Virus record (IMG/VR): IMGVR_UViG_3300027782_000027
Location: 124,001-188,000 of that record
Strand: one strand, 5' to 3'
DNA length: 64,000 bases
Shown in pieces: positions 19,645-29,818 of this stretch. A model generated the notes under the pieces. That model was not told where the DNA came from. It was given only the letters and a program-made list of their open reading frames with translations, and searched no databases. Positions within the stretch are counted from its first letter, which is position 1, and each line of letters starts with the position of its first letter. Both the position numbers and the translations under genes were made by a program.

Positions 19645-22600
19645 ATGCCGTCAACATATAGAATTAGAACAGAGTTAGGGGTAAACAAGACCATTCAGGT
19701 TAAGTTAGAACAAAATTACGACACTTTAGAGTTATTGTCTTTAACAATTTCGCCAAATAATTTATATACTCGTGCTTGTGCGAATTATGGTGTTGTTTGT
19801 GGTAGAGTTTTTTGTAATAATGGTTTTGGATTACCAAACGCAAGATTATCTATTTTCATACCTATTGATGAATTAGATATTACAAATCAAGATATTTCAG
19901 TTTTATATCCTTATCAGAGTATTAATGATATTAATGAGGATGGTTATAGATATAATTTATTACCTTATACACAATCTCATAGTGGACACGTTCCTGTTGG
20001 TACTTTCCCTGATAGGATTGACGCTCTAATTAACAAGACAGTAATTGAGGTTTATGATAAGTATTATCGATTCACAGTGAGTACAAACGACTCTGGTGAC
20101 TTTATGATACTTGGAGTCCCGACAGGTCAACAGACGTTGTTTATGCAAGTCGACCTTTCTGATATTGGTGAGTTCTCAATGACACCACAAGACCTGATAA
20201 GAATGGGTCTTGCTACTGAATCACAAGTTGACGGAACAAGATTTAAATTTTCAGAAAATTATAATGAGTTACCTCAAATTATTAGTATTTCAAAAACAAT
20301 ACAAGTCTCACCATTTTACGGTGAACCTGAGATATGTGATTATTCAATCCAACAGGTTGATTTTGATTTAACCTCTGAAAAAAATGTAACGATATCACCT
20401 ACTGCGGTTTTTATTGGTTCAATATTTTCAGCGAATGAAGGAACTAAAGTTACTAATACAAATAATAATGCTTGTAATGTTAAGAGGAACCTTGGTGAGA
20501 TGTGTGATTTAATTCCTGGTTCAGGTCAAATATTAGCATTAAGACAGACAATTCGCTTAGATAATTTAGGTCTCCCAATTATCGAACAATTTACATTAGA
20601 GAATGATGGTAAAATTATAGACCAAGACGGTACTTGGGTAACTGAGGTACCGATGAATTTAGATTATGTTTATACTGATGAGGAAGGTAATAGAAGAATA
20701 AGTGATAATCCTAATATCGGTATTCCTACCAAATCAAAATATCGATTTAAAATTAAATGGGACCAATCACCACAATTATCAGAATCAACTAAACGAGGAT
20801 ATTTTTTAGTTCCAAACATTAAAGAATATGGTTGGATTAACCCTACAAATGACCCGAATTTACAAGACTTAGTTGATAGTATTTTCACCATTGAAATTCC
20901 TGCGGGGACAACAGAATCATTTATTTATAATTTGATAAATGAAAATGAAGCCACCGCATATGTTTTTAGACTTAATGAAACGGTTAACGTTAATAATTTA
21001 AAAATAACTTATCCTGACGGAACGGTCTATAATAGTCAAAATTTTAGTAACAATTTTATAGGTGGTTTTCCAAACTTTAATTTATTTTGGGAATCACCTG
21101 ATTCCGAAACGGTAGCAACATTTATTTTTTACAAAATAAATTATACAAGATTTCAGTTAGAAGCGTCTTACGCTTTTAGTTTAGATTGGAATGATTACGC
21201 TAATGTCGATGATGCTTTGAGTTGTGAGGATACTTTTATGGAGTTGTATTTTAATAAGGTTTATACAATTAGTCAGATTATTGACAGGTACTCAACAGGA
21301 TTAAGACCTAGTAAAACTGTTCAAATTAAAAATATTCAAGACCCAAGTTGTGACGGTAGTATAAATAAATTTCCAATTAATGATGTTTTTTTAAGAATTA
21401 ATTTTAATTATATTTTTAATAATTTTTTACTTGATTTACTTAAATATATTTTAATTTCTTTAGTGCCGGCACTACATGTGTTAAGTTTTTTATGGTTAGT
21501 TTTAGCACCAATTATTGCGGTTATTCTATTAGTTGTTCAGTTAATAATTTTTATCATTTGTAATATAGTCAGAGGTATACAAAATATTTTTGGTAATTCT
21601 AATTTAGATTGTTCACCTCCTTCAGATTTCAGAAGTTTACTTCTTAATAATCCATTTAAAAATATAACATTATCTCTTTTACTTTATACCGAAGATGGTT
21701 GTGAAAGATGTAATTGTAAATCTGGTGAAATAACTGCTGATACTGATTTAATTGGTCAATTTACTCAGGTTCAAGAAGAGCAAGTTTCTATTTTAATGGA
21801 TACTACGGGATTCCAAACTTATACCAACAATTCAAACGATGTAATTTATGTGTCCAATTTGATTGCTGGAAATGCTGGTGAAGATGGTTTAAAAAGAAGA
21901 ACTCCCATAATTAAAGACAAATTAACATTAGTCACTGACCCTGATGCTGTAACTAGAACAATTGACATTGGATATTATTCACAATCTTTAACTTTTTCTG
22001 AAAGGTTAAATATGTTATCTTTTCCTGGTAGGTATTTTAAGGTTGGAGATAAACTAGACCCTTTGGGTATAAAAGTTTACATAGAACCAGAATTAAATAC
22101 TAGTATTGGTTCATTTCCAATATTCGACAGTACAACCCAAACCGTTCAACAACAAATCGTTGTTGGTACATCAAAGTTTCATTGGGATAACGCGATGATA
22201 ATCGCTTTGGACCCTGGAATTGATTTAACTGTTGGTGAAATCTTGAGTTTTCAAAACCCAAATCTTTCGAATGACCCAAACTATAAAAGAAACGAATCTT
22301 ATCCTGCGTCTTCAGGTCTTACCCAATCACCTCCAGTTTTTAATGGTGAAAGTATTGTTGGTGGTCAAATTACTGTTAATTGGACCCGAACGTATAATTT
22401 TACGACTTTAGCTAATGGTTATCAAAATCCGGCAGGACCAATTAATGGAGCAGCAGGCGGAGGAGTTGCGGAACAAACAACTTATAATGTTTCAGCAATA
22501 ACTGAAAACAATACTGTTACATCATTTGCTGCTGACATCGAATATTTTCAGGTGTTGAAAATTGGAAATTTAAACGATTTAAATCTAATTGCAGGTCTAA

Positions 22601-25236
22601 ATGGTATAAATGGTGTATTAAATCAAAATCAATATTACCGTAGTCAAGGAAGTGATGATGATGGTGAAGTCAATTGTTTTTATCTGAGGTTTAATTATTA
22701 TAATCCGACATTTGGTAGTGTTGGAGTTATATCAAATCCTGATAGTTATAAATACGCGATTTTAATGAGAGGTGTTGATGTCCATTCGCCAAGAGTTAAA
22801 CAAAAAATATGGTTAGGTAGTTTATTTTCTAATCAAGTCGATGAATCAAATATTCCCAACGATGTTAATGAATCGGATGTTTATGTTGAAGGTTATTTCA
22901 AACTGAATATCCCATACCAACCAAATACTTCAACTATTTTAAACGAAGAACAACAACAAGTTCAATGTCGACACAATCAGCTTCAAACTAATAATAGTGT
23001 TGACCAATTCGGTGGACGTATTTTCTACCCGAGTTATATGTTTCAGTATTACGACACTTCGTATATACCATTTCAAAGTGACCTACATTTATATTACTCT
23101 GCTTACGACGCTAGAAATTTCCCAGGAAATATTTTAAATGTTGTTCCTGAATATGATGAACTCTACCTTACTACTGGTACTCAAACAACAACAGATTCGG
23201 GGTTTCTTAGAGTTGATTTTAGCAATTTTTTTACAGGTTCTCTTTCTATCTTAAAAAATTGTGGTCAAAGTGCTGCTGGTGGTAATAATAACGATTGTGA
23301 TGATGATTTAGCACCTAATTTTCCACAAACACTCCAAAAAACATGGAATTTTTACGAGCAATTTGATAATTCCATATTTGGAGATTTTTTGGCGAATTAT
23401 AGAATAGGACAAGTTGTTGAGGGAGGTTCTATGTATGCGTATAAGAACGGGAGAAATTTCTATGACAGTCCATGTCAAGGTGATACTGACGACCAAGATA
23501 TGAAGATTCCGTCGAACATACCGACCATGAAATACCTTTCACCTTCATACCGAACAATAACATCACCTGGTACAACATATCCAACTGTAAACTTTAATAA
23601 TAGACAAAGAATTGTTGTTAGGTCAAATAGAATGCCAACCTCAACAAACGAACAAATTTCAGGACCAAATAGTTTCCAATTACATCAGAATTCAAGATTT
23701 GCTGTCTACAGATTATCAGATACTGGTGGTGTACAGGAATTAGAAAACATAACACAATACCCAACAAATTCGGATAATGAATCGGCTTCCGCATTTGTTC
23801 CATTTACGAATGTTTTAGAATCTGTAAATAATTGTGAAAAAGCGGTTATGCTAAATTGTTATGGTACTGATGAAAATGGTAGTCCTATTATTAAAGACGA
23901 CTGTCCGCAACTTATGGACCCTGACGGACCTAAAAAATTCTTTAACTATGGAACAGGATGTTATAATTTAATTTCGAGAGCTTTTGGTAGTTTACCAAAA
24001 GATTTGGAATTGATAAATGAATGGTCAAGTAGAAATAAAATTTCAAATGCAGTTTGTTTGGGGGTATTCTCACATAGTTTTTCCAACAATTGGATTAACG
24101 GAACTTTATTTGCCTATCCATTTGAAAATAAAAGATTTTTTGATTCTCAAAATCAACCTTATAGTATTTTTTGTAAAAGTTTAATTTATTTACATGAAAC
24201 ATCTCAGAATTTTTATTATAGAAGTTCTGCATGGGACGGGGATAGATTTTTAGGTAAACCATCGGTAGTTTATAATGAGAAACAAGTCGGTAACGAAAGG
24301 TATTTAGGAAGTCCGACAACTATTATGGATTTAGGGCCTAAAGATACCTTTATACAGGAATTAGTTAATACTGATGAATATGATGGGTATATTGTATCAA
24401 AAGTACCATCAACATCCTATAAAGATATTAGTGAAATATTTAATTTATTTGTTTTAAGTAGATTGGTAAATAATAGTTTTATTGAAAATTTATTAATTTC
24501 TCTTTTACCTGAAATTGTAATGGCGACGTTCTTTACAAATAAAAGATGGGGAGCGTTTAATGCTCTACCGGCATATGTTGATGGAGATTATTCACAGATG
24601 TTATCAATTAACTCTGAATTTGGAATAAGTGAATTTAACGTTTCAAATTACGCTCAACCATTAGACTCAGGATTTCAGTCGGTTTATTTTGGAGGGTCGG
24701 GAGCGTATCCTTTATTTGGAATATTCTTAACTGGTAACACACAAGATAGAGATTTTATCACACCGAGAAGAACTATATGGAATCCAAACGCCTCTATTAA
24801 CCAAAACCCTGATTATAACTTTAGTCAAATACCAGTGAAAACTCAAACAGTGCCATTTTATCAGTGGAAATTAGATAACCAAAACTACTCTAGTATTGGA
24901 CAGTATACAATTTTTGGTAATCAAAATAACAATTGGGTTACGGATTCACAAGTAACACCACCTAATTTCTTTTCTTATGGATATCAGAATATGGATAGAC
25001 TTAATCCAGCTTCAAATTATTTTCAACCTGACGGTAATAACTCTAATTATTTTAGAGCAACATTAATTAATTTCTCAAGTGGTATACCGACAATTGCTCT
25101 TCCACAGACATTTAGTAATAATACAAGTTTTGTTGTTGGAGCTCCACAACACTTTTATTTTGGTTTGGTAAAAGGAGGAAGTGCTATTGATAAGTTTAGA
25201 ATAAAATACGTTAATACAGAATTAATAATTGAATAA
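19645..25236 (+). CDS. Large structural (baseplate/tail-associated) protein, 1863 aa
   Basis: N-terminal beta-sandwich-like segment (GVVCGRV...PNARLSIF...TNDSGDFMILGVPTG) and an internal hydrophobic segment. It lies in the baseplate operon. Confidence 0.6.
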   Translation: MPSTYRIRTELGVNKTIQVKLEQNYDTLELLSLTISPNNLYTRACANYGVVCGRVFCNNGFGLPNARLSIFIPIDELDITNQDISVLYPYQSINDINEDGYRYNLLPYTQSHSGHVPVGTFPDRIDALINKTVIEVYDKYYRFTVSTNDSGDFMILGVPTGQQTLFMQVDLSDIGEFSMTPQDLIRMGLATESQVDGTRFKFSENYNELPQIISISKTIQVSPFYGEPEICDYSIQQVDFDLTSEKNVTISPTAVFIGSIFSANEGTKVTNTNNNACNVKRNLGEMCDLIPGSGQILALRQTIRLDNLGLPIIEQFTLENDGKIIDQDGTWVTEVPMNLDYVYTDEEGNRRISDNPNIGIPTKSKYRFKIKWDQSPQLSESTKRGYFLVPNIKEYGWINPTNDPNLQDLVDSIFTIEIPAGTTESFIYNLINENEATAYVFRLNETVNVNNLKITYPDGTVYNSQNFSNNFIGGFPNFNLFWESPDSETVATFIFYKINYTRFQLEASYAFSLDWNDYANVDDALSCEDTFMELYFNKVYTISQIIDRYSTGLRPSKTVQIKNIQDPSCDGSINKFPINDVFLRINFNYIFNNFLLDLLKYILISLVPALHVLSFLWLVLAPIIAVILLVVQLIIFIICNIVRGIQNIFGNSNLDCSPPSDFRSLLLNNPFKNITLSLLLYTEDGCERCNCKSGEITADTDLIGQFTQVQEEQVSILMDTTGFQTYTNNSNDVIYVSNLIAGNAGEDGLKRRTPIIKDKLTLVTDPDAVTRTIDIGYYSQSLTFSERLNMLSFPGRYFKVGDKLDPLGIKVYIEPELNTSIGSFPIFDSTTQTVQQQIVVGTSKFHWDNAMIIALDPGIDLTVGEILSFQNPNLSNDPNYKRNESYPASSGLTQSPPVFNGESIVGGQITVNWTRTYNFTTLANGYQNPAGPINGAAGGGVAEQTTYNVSAITENNTVTSFAADIEYFQVLKIGNLNDLNLIAGLNGINGVLNQNQYYRSQGSDDDGEVNCFYLRFNYYNPTFGSVGVISNPDSYKYAILMRGVDVHSPRVKQKIWLGSLFSNQVDESNIPNDVNESDVYVEGYFKLNIPYQPNTSTILNEEQQQVQCRHNQLQTNNSVDQFGGRIFYPSYMFQYYDTSYIPFQSDLHLYYSAYDARNFPGNILNVVPEYDELYLTTGTQTTTDSGFLRVDFSNFFTGSLSILKNCGQSAAGGNNNDCDDDLAPNFPQTLQKTWNFYEQFDNSIFGDFLANYRIGQVVEGGSMYAYKNGRNFYDSPCQGDTDDQDMKIPSNIPTMKYLSPSYRTITSPGTTYPTVNFNNRQRIVVRSNRMPTSTNEQISGPNSFQLHQNSRFAVYRLSDTGGVQELENITQYPTNSDNESASAFVPFTNVLESVNNCEKAVMLNCYGTDENGSPIIKDDCPQLMDPDGPKKFFNYGTGCYNLISRAFGSLPKDLELINEWSSRNKISNAVCLGVFSHSFSNNWINGTLFAYPFENKRFFDSQNQPYSIFCKSLIYLHETSQNFYYRSSAWDGDRFLGKPSVVYNEKQVGNERYLGSPTTIMDLGPKDTFIQELVNTDEYDGYIVSKVPSTSYKDISEIFNLFVLSRLVNNSFIENLLISLLPEIVMATFFTNKRWGAFNALPAYVDGDYSQMLSINSEFGISEFNVSNYAQPLDSGFQSVYFGGSGAYPLFGIFLTGNTQDRDFITPRRTIWNPNASINQNPDYNFSQIPVKTQTVPFYQWKLDNQNYSSIGQYTIFGNQNNNWVTDSQVTPPNFFSYGYQNMDRLNPASNYFQPDGNNSNYFRATLINFSSGIPTIALPQTFSNNTSFVVGAPQHFYFGLVKGGSAIDKFRIKYVNTELIIE

Positions 25237-27013
25237 ATCTAACGAAATAACTATAGTAAAAGGTTCTGCAAGATATGCGGGAGCACCCGATATTGATTCT
25301 AAAATATCAGTTGAATTAAACTCAACATTAAAGGAGATGACTGAATATGACAGAAATCTACTTGTTGATTTAGAAAATTTATTTGATAGAGAAAGACAAG
25401 AGTGTGATACTTTTGTCCCGACATGTAAGTTTACATTTATATTTGAAAATTCATATAGTGGACTTACAGGGCCTAAAACTGGCCCTTACGACCCGATTAA
25501 CAGAAATCTTTATTATGTTAATCCTTTATACTATCGTCTTTTACAAAATGACCAACAAGACCCAAGTAATGAGATTGCGTGGGGAGGATTTCCACAATAT
25601 TATGAGTTTGATTTTATAAGAACAGATTCTAATGTGGTTGGATATACCCAACCACTTGTAGGTCAAACTCCTCAGTATCATATCTTATTTGACGCTAAAG
25701 AACAATCATACTATAATTGGTTTTTTCATTTAAGCTATCCGTCTGAAAAATATTTTAATCAATCGATGGAATATCAGTTTGAAGATGGTGAAATATTTAC
25801 ATGGACTGTTTCTCAGGGAATTCCTTTTGTCATTTCAAATGATAAATTTAATGGTCAGCCTGTTATTATCTTTAAATGTGCAATGGACCACGGATTAAGT
25901 GTTGGAGAAAGTGTTGAACTTTCTTTAAATTGTGATGGTGTTAATATTTTTGATGTTTATAGGTTAGGCGATGGATATACTAATTCTGAAACAAATGTTT
26001 TTATGATTTTTAATATTGGTTTCTTATGTGATATCTTTTTTGATGGACAAAAAGGAACTTTAAAAAGAATTACAAATAAAGAAAATTTAAATGAAAGTAA
26101 ATCAGAATATTATGTTAGAAGACATAAAATTATTACAAATTATACTGACGCTATCTTAACTAACACCGCTTTTGAAAATAACGCATTTAGAAAAACCACC
26201 AAATTTGAGACAAAGTCATTAACACCAAATTTAAGCGCTCGAACATCACTAAAAGAAGGAACACAAAGTTATAGTTTATCGTTTAAAAATACATTCTCAA
26301 TAGATGGATTAAAAGATAATTTAAATAGACCTCTAACTGAATTATATGTTACATCTGTTAATCGAGGAAGATTTGGATTTTTTAATCCATTAAAAAAAGG
26401 ATGGGGGTTTAATCTTGGTCCTGAATTAAATACATGGTGGGGTAATCCAAACAATGAAACAAATATAACTCAAACGAGTTTTAATAGACCTGGACCATTT
26501 ATTACAGATTCATTCGGAAATCCTGCTGGAACATTAATAACATTTTATTATAATAATCCATTAGAAGTTGATGATTTAATTGATGGGGATTTATGTGAAT
26601 GGAATGATACCACACAAGAAGAGCAAGTTTTAAGTTTACATTATCATAAAATAACATTTAATCCTAAAGTTTTTGATGTAAAACCAAATAGTTCTTTGGG
26701 CTATTATTATAATACACATTACAAGTTTCAGTTAAGAACATTTTCATCTTATATCGAAAATGTTGATAGAGATGTTTTGGTATATAATCTACCAAGTTAT
26801 AGTTATTACTCGGCCTATAACCAAAAGTTTTTTTGGAGAGATATTTACACGTATGGATATATTGATGTTGATGGTGTAGGTGTAGACAATCCATTTTTAA
26901 ATAATAAACACTATTTGTTTGAAGATTTTATTTTCAGATTGATACCTGAAGGAAGTAGTATCAATGAAAATTCAACATTAGTTAATGACCCATTAATCGA
27001 CGATTGTGAATAA
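25229..27013 (+). CDS. Putative structural protein, 594 aa
   Basis: TTG start overlapping the previous stop. Context is the baseplate operon. Confidence 0.6.
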   Translation: MNKSNEITIVKGSARYAGAPDIDSKISVELNSTLKEMTEYDRNLLVDLENLFDRERQECDTFVPTCKFTFIFENSYSGLTGPKTGPYDPINRNLYYVNPLYYRLLQNDQQDPSNEIAWGGFPQYYEFDFIRTDSNVVGYTQPLVGQTPQYHILFDAKEQSYYNWFFHLSYPSEKYFNQSMEYQFEDGEIFTWTVSQGIPFVISNDKFNGQPVIIFKCAMDHGLSVGESVELSLNCDGVNIFDVYRLGDGYTNSETNVFMIFNIGFLCDIFFDGQKGTLKRITNKENLNESKSEYYVRRHKIITNYTDAILTNTAFENNAFRKTTKFETKSLTPNLSARTSLKEGTQSYSLSFKNTFSIDGLKDNLNRPLTELYVTSVNRGRFGFFNPLKKGWGFNLGPELNTWWGNPNNETNITQTSFNRPGPFITDSFGNPAGTLITFYYNNPLEVDDLIDGDLCEWNDTTQEEQVLSLHYHKITFNPKVFDVKPNSSLGYYYNTHYKFQLRTFSSYIENVDRDVLVYNLPSYSYYSAYNQKFFWRDIYTYGYIDVDGVGVDNPFLNNKHYLFEDFIFRLIPEGSSINENSTLVNDPLIDDCE

Positions 27014-27779
27014 AATTAAATTAACAAATAAAGATATTAATAGAAATATTAATATCCCAATTAATATGAATTGGGATTTCTTGGATAGAGAAGATACTTT
27101 AATTAAGTATGAAGAAGAAGTTCTAAATAAAATTTTGGGATTTCCAAATGATTACGAGGTTAGAAGATTTGAAATGTTTCAAAATCCTAATAATGATATA
27201 ACCTCATCATTAACATATAATTTTAATTTTAAATCAACAACTAATGATGATTGGGTTTTAAATTATTCTGATTCAGGTCGATTTACTCAGAGAGAACTTT
27301 ATAATAACACAAAAATATACGACAAATCTTTTTTTAAATTAGATTTTTACGATACAACAAATCCTCAAACAAAAAAAAATTATTTAACAATAATTCTTAA
27401 TAAAAGACCAAATAAAACAACATATACTTTTCCAAATCAAATCACTCCTGTTGAAATTGATTTACCATCATTTACTTTAAATTACAATAAAAATCAAGAG
27501 GGATTTTTTATTTATTGGTTTGATGACCCATCAATCTTAAACATTAGTACTTTGTATATGACAGCAAAGTTCTTCGATGCGTCAAACGGACAATTTACTT
27601 CTTTTACAACAAAAAAACAAACAACATCAACAACACCATATCGTTTAGGAACTGATTTTTTTAATAGAAGAGTTAGTTTTAATTATGTTGATAGCACATA
27701 TAAAATAACACTTATGGACCAACCGGCAACACAAGAAAATGTTATCGAATGGTATGAGTATATAAACCCATCAATATAA
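27006..27779 (+). CDS. Putative structural protein, 257 aa
   Basis: GTG start overlapping the previous stop. Function from context only. Confidence 0.6.
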   Translation: MNKIKLTNKDINRNINIPINMNWDFLDREDTLIKYEEEVLNKILGFPNDYEVRRFEMFQNPNNDITSSLTYNFNFKSTTNDDWVLNYSDSGRFTQRELYNNTKIYDKSFFKLDFYDTTNPQTKKNYLTIILNKRPNKTTYTFPNQITPVEIDLPSFTLNYNKNQEGFFIYWFDDPSILNISTLYMTAKFFDASNGQFTSFTTKKQTTSTTPYRLGTDFFNRRVSFNYVDSTYKITLMDQPATQENVIEWYEYINPSI

Positions 27780-28861
27780 TGGAAATTTTTAAAGTTAAAA
27801 TATCACCTGAAGTTTTAAAAGACGATATTGTTTATGAAACATATAGTGGTTATACATTTGGTGTTTACAGTGGATTAACAAATATTCTTAAAGGAGGTCC
27901 TGATGGTTCTTCTTTATTGACAGGTCTTACCATACCAATTTTATTAAAACAAAAATATCAAGATATTGGATACTATGATGGTTTTGATGGTAAGATAAAA
28001 CAAGAAAATATGTCTGCAAATTTTTTGTTTTATTCTACAATAGAAAATCCATATACTTTTAAAATACTTAATACTTCAGATAATGAAAATGTTTATTTGT
28101 TTAACTCGACCTACCAAGTTGATTGGGGGGACGGAACAACACAAACAATTACCACATTTTATCCTGAGGAAATTACACATAACTATTCAGGACCTTTACC
28201 TGAACCGACAGGTTATACAATTACATTAACACAAACAAACTTATGGGGTGTAATTCAAGTCAAAAAGAATATTGTTGTTCCATACTCAGTCGCTCAAAAT
28301 ACTGACCAATATGGAACCGTAACATTTGCTAACACTAATGGAAGTTGGAGTGCAACTCCGTCATCATATAATTTTATTTTTACAGGAGATGCTTATAATC
28401 AGTTAGCATATCAAGTAAGTTCTTTCTATACTGAGGTTCCATTTTTCGTAACAGGATATACTACATCAAGATTAAATGATTTGGGAACTTATGGACCAAG
28501 TCAATTTGTTGTTGGACAAACAGTTCCATTACCACAAAGAGAATATGGTATGGTTGAATCCATGAGTAGTGCTTATACTGCGTATACTATAAACGGAACA
28601 ACCTACCAAGATTATCCTGACGGAACAACAATTTTTGTATTACCATCTTCAGGTATGACTTCAGATATGTTTTCAGTTAGTGCAATTACTAAAAATGAAG
28701 CGTTAATGAATGTTATTGACCAACCTCAGTTATATAATTCAATTTTTGTTGAACGTGGTAAAAATTCAGGGGTTGAAAACTTTTTGAGATTAGGTGAAGT
28801 TTCTAATTTAAGCGATTTGTTAAATTATGGATATAACTATTTCATTATAAAACAGGGATAA
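27779..28861 (+). CDS. Putative structural protein with PKD/Ig-like motif
   Basis: YQVDWGDGT...HNY...YTITLT is a PKD-domain-like signature. Confidence 0.6.
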   Translation: MEIFKVKISPEVLKDDIVYETYSGYTFGVYSGLTNILKGGPDGSSLLTGLTIPILLKQKYQDIGYYDGFDGKIKQENMSANFLFYSTIENPYTFKILNTSDNENVYLFNSTYQVDWGDGTTQTITTFYPEEITHNYSGPLPEPTGYTITLTQTNLWGVIQVKKNIVVPYSVAQNTDQYGTVTFANTNGSWSATPSSYNFIFTGDAYNQLAYQVSSFYTEVPFFVTGYTTSRLNDLGTYGPSQFVVGQTVPLPQREYGMVESMSSAYTAYTINGTTYQDYPDGTTIFVLPSSGMTSDMFSVSAITKNEALMNVIDQPQLYNSIFVERGKNSGVENFLRLGEVSNLSDLLNYGYNYFIIKQG

Positions 28862-28912
28862 GAAATTTAAATTTAACTATTTATAAAAATAAACTACTAA
28901 AGCAATAAGAAC

Positions 28913-29818
28913 TTGGCAACTGGTAATTACGGAACTATAAGATTGGCAGACGTTAGTCCTGCTGATGTTGAAATAATATTAAATTATACACCATCAAGAG
29001 ATGACACCCAAGGGTTTGTTTTGAAAAAATTAAACTCACTTGAGTTATTGCGTCCTTACTTTAGTAATTCAAGTGTTGGTGGGACTACTACGGAGATATT
29101 AGGAGGATTGTATAATCTTACATTACCATCAACTGAGTTTAACAATTTGGGGATTTACACTTTGATGTTACGTCCATCTCAAATCAGAACATCAATTACT
29201 GATTGTGGAGTTTTATCTGCGTTACCAAATGTGAGAGGTATTATTATTGACTTAAATAATGTTCCATCAGAGTATCTAAACAAGTTTGTTAATCAAGGAT
29301 TAGTTGGATATAGGATTGAATACCTTAATAATGACGGTTCTAAAGTTACTAATTTTTTTAGAATAATAACTTCATCTTTTTATTGTGAGGCAATTTTAGC
29401 AAACACTAATAATACAAGTGATAAGGCGGTAAGATATAGATACACAGATAGTGAAACTAATCTAATGTTCTGCACAGTATCACCAAGTTCATCACCATCA
29501 AATAAACCAAACGTTACACCATTCATTGGTTCACCAGGACAAAATGTTATTATTACTAATACATTTTTTGACCCTACAGTAATTGAGGTTGAGATTGTAG
29601 AATATGACACATCAAGTTTAGCGATTGCTCTTTATGGTAATCAAACTAAATCTATTGAAGATGGTATATACACAATCTATGATAGTGATAATAACATTTA
29701 TAAGCAATATAACTTGTACGAAATTAGAGACCAATTTAATGAACTTCTATATGAAGTTAGACAAGATAGAAATAATAATATTGATTTCACTAAAAACTTT
29801 GACAATATCATTGCTTAA
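28913..29818 (+). CDS. Putative structural protein, 301 aa
   Basis: TTG start (MATGNYG), preceded by TATTTATA. Coupled to the next gene. Confidence 0.65.
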   Translation: MATGNYGTIRLADVSPADVEIILNYTPSRDDTQGFVLKKLNSLELLRPYFSNSSVGGTTTEILGGLYNLTLPSTEFNNLGIYTLMLRPSQIRTSITDCGVLSALPNVRGIIIDLNNVPSEYLNKFVNQGLVGYRIEYLNNDGSKVTNFFRIITSSFYCEAILANTNNTSDKAVRYRYTDSETNLMFCTVSPSSSPSNKPNVTPFIGSPGQNVIITNTFFDPTVIEVEIVEYDTSSLAIALYGNQTKSIEDGIYTIYDSDNNIYKQYNLYEIRDQFNELLYEVRQDRNNNIDFTKNFDNIIA

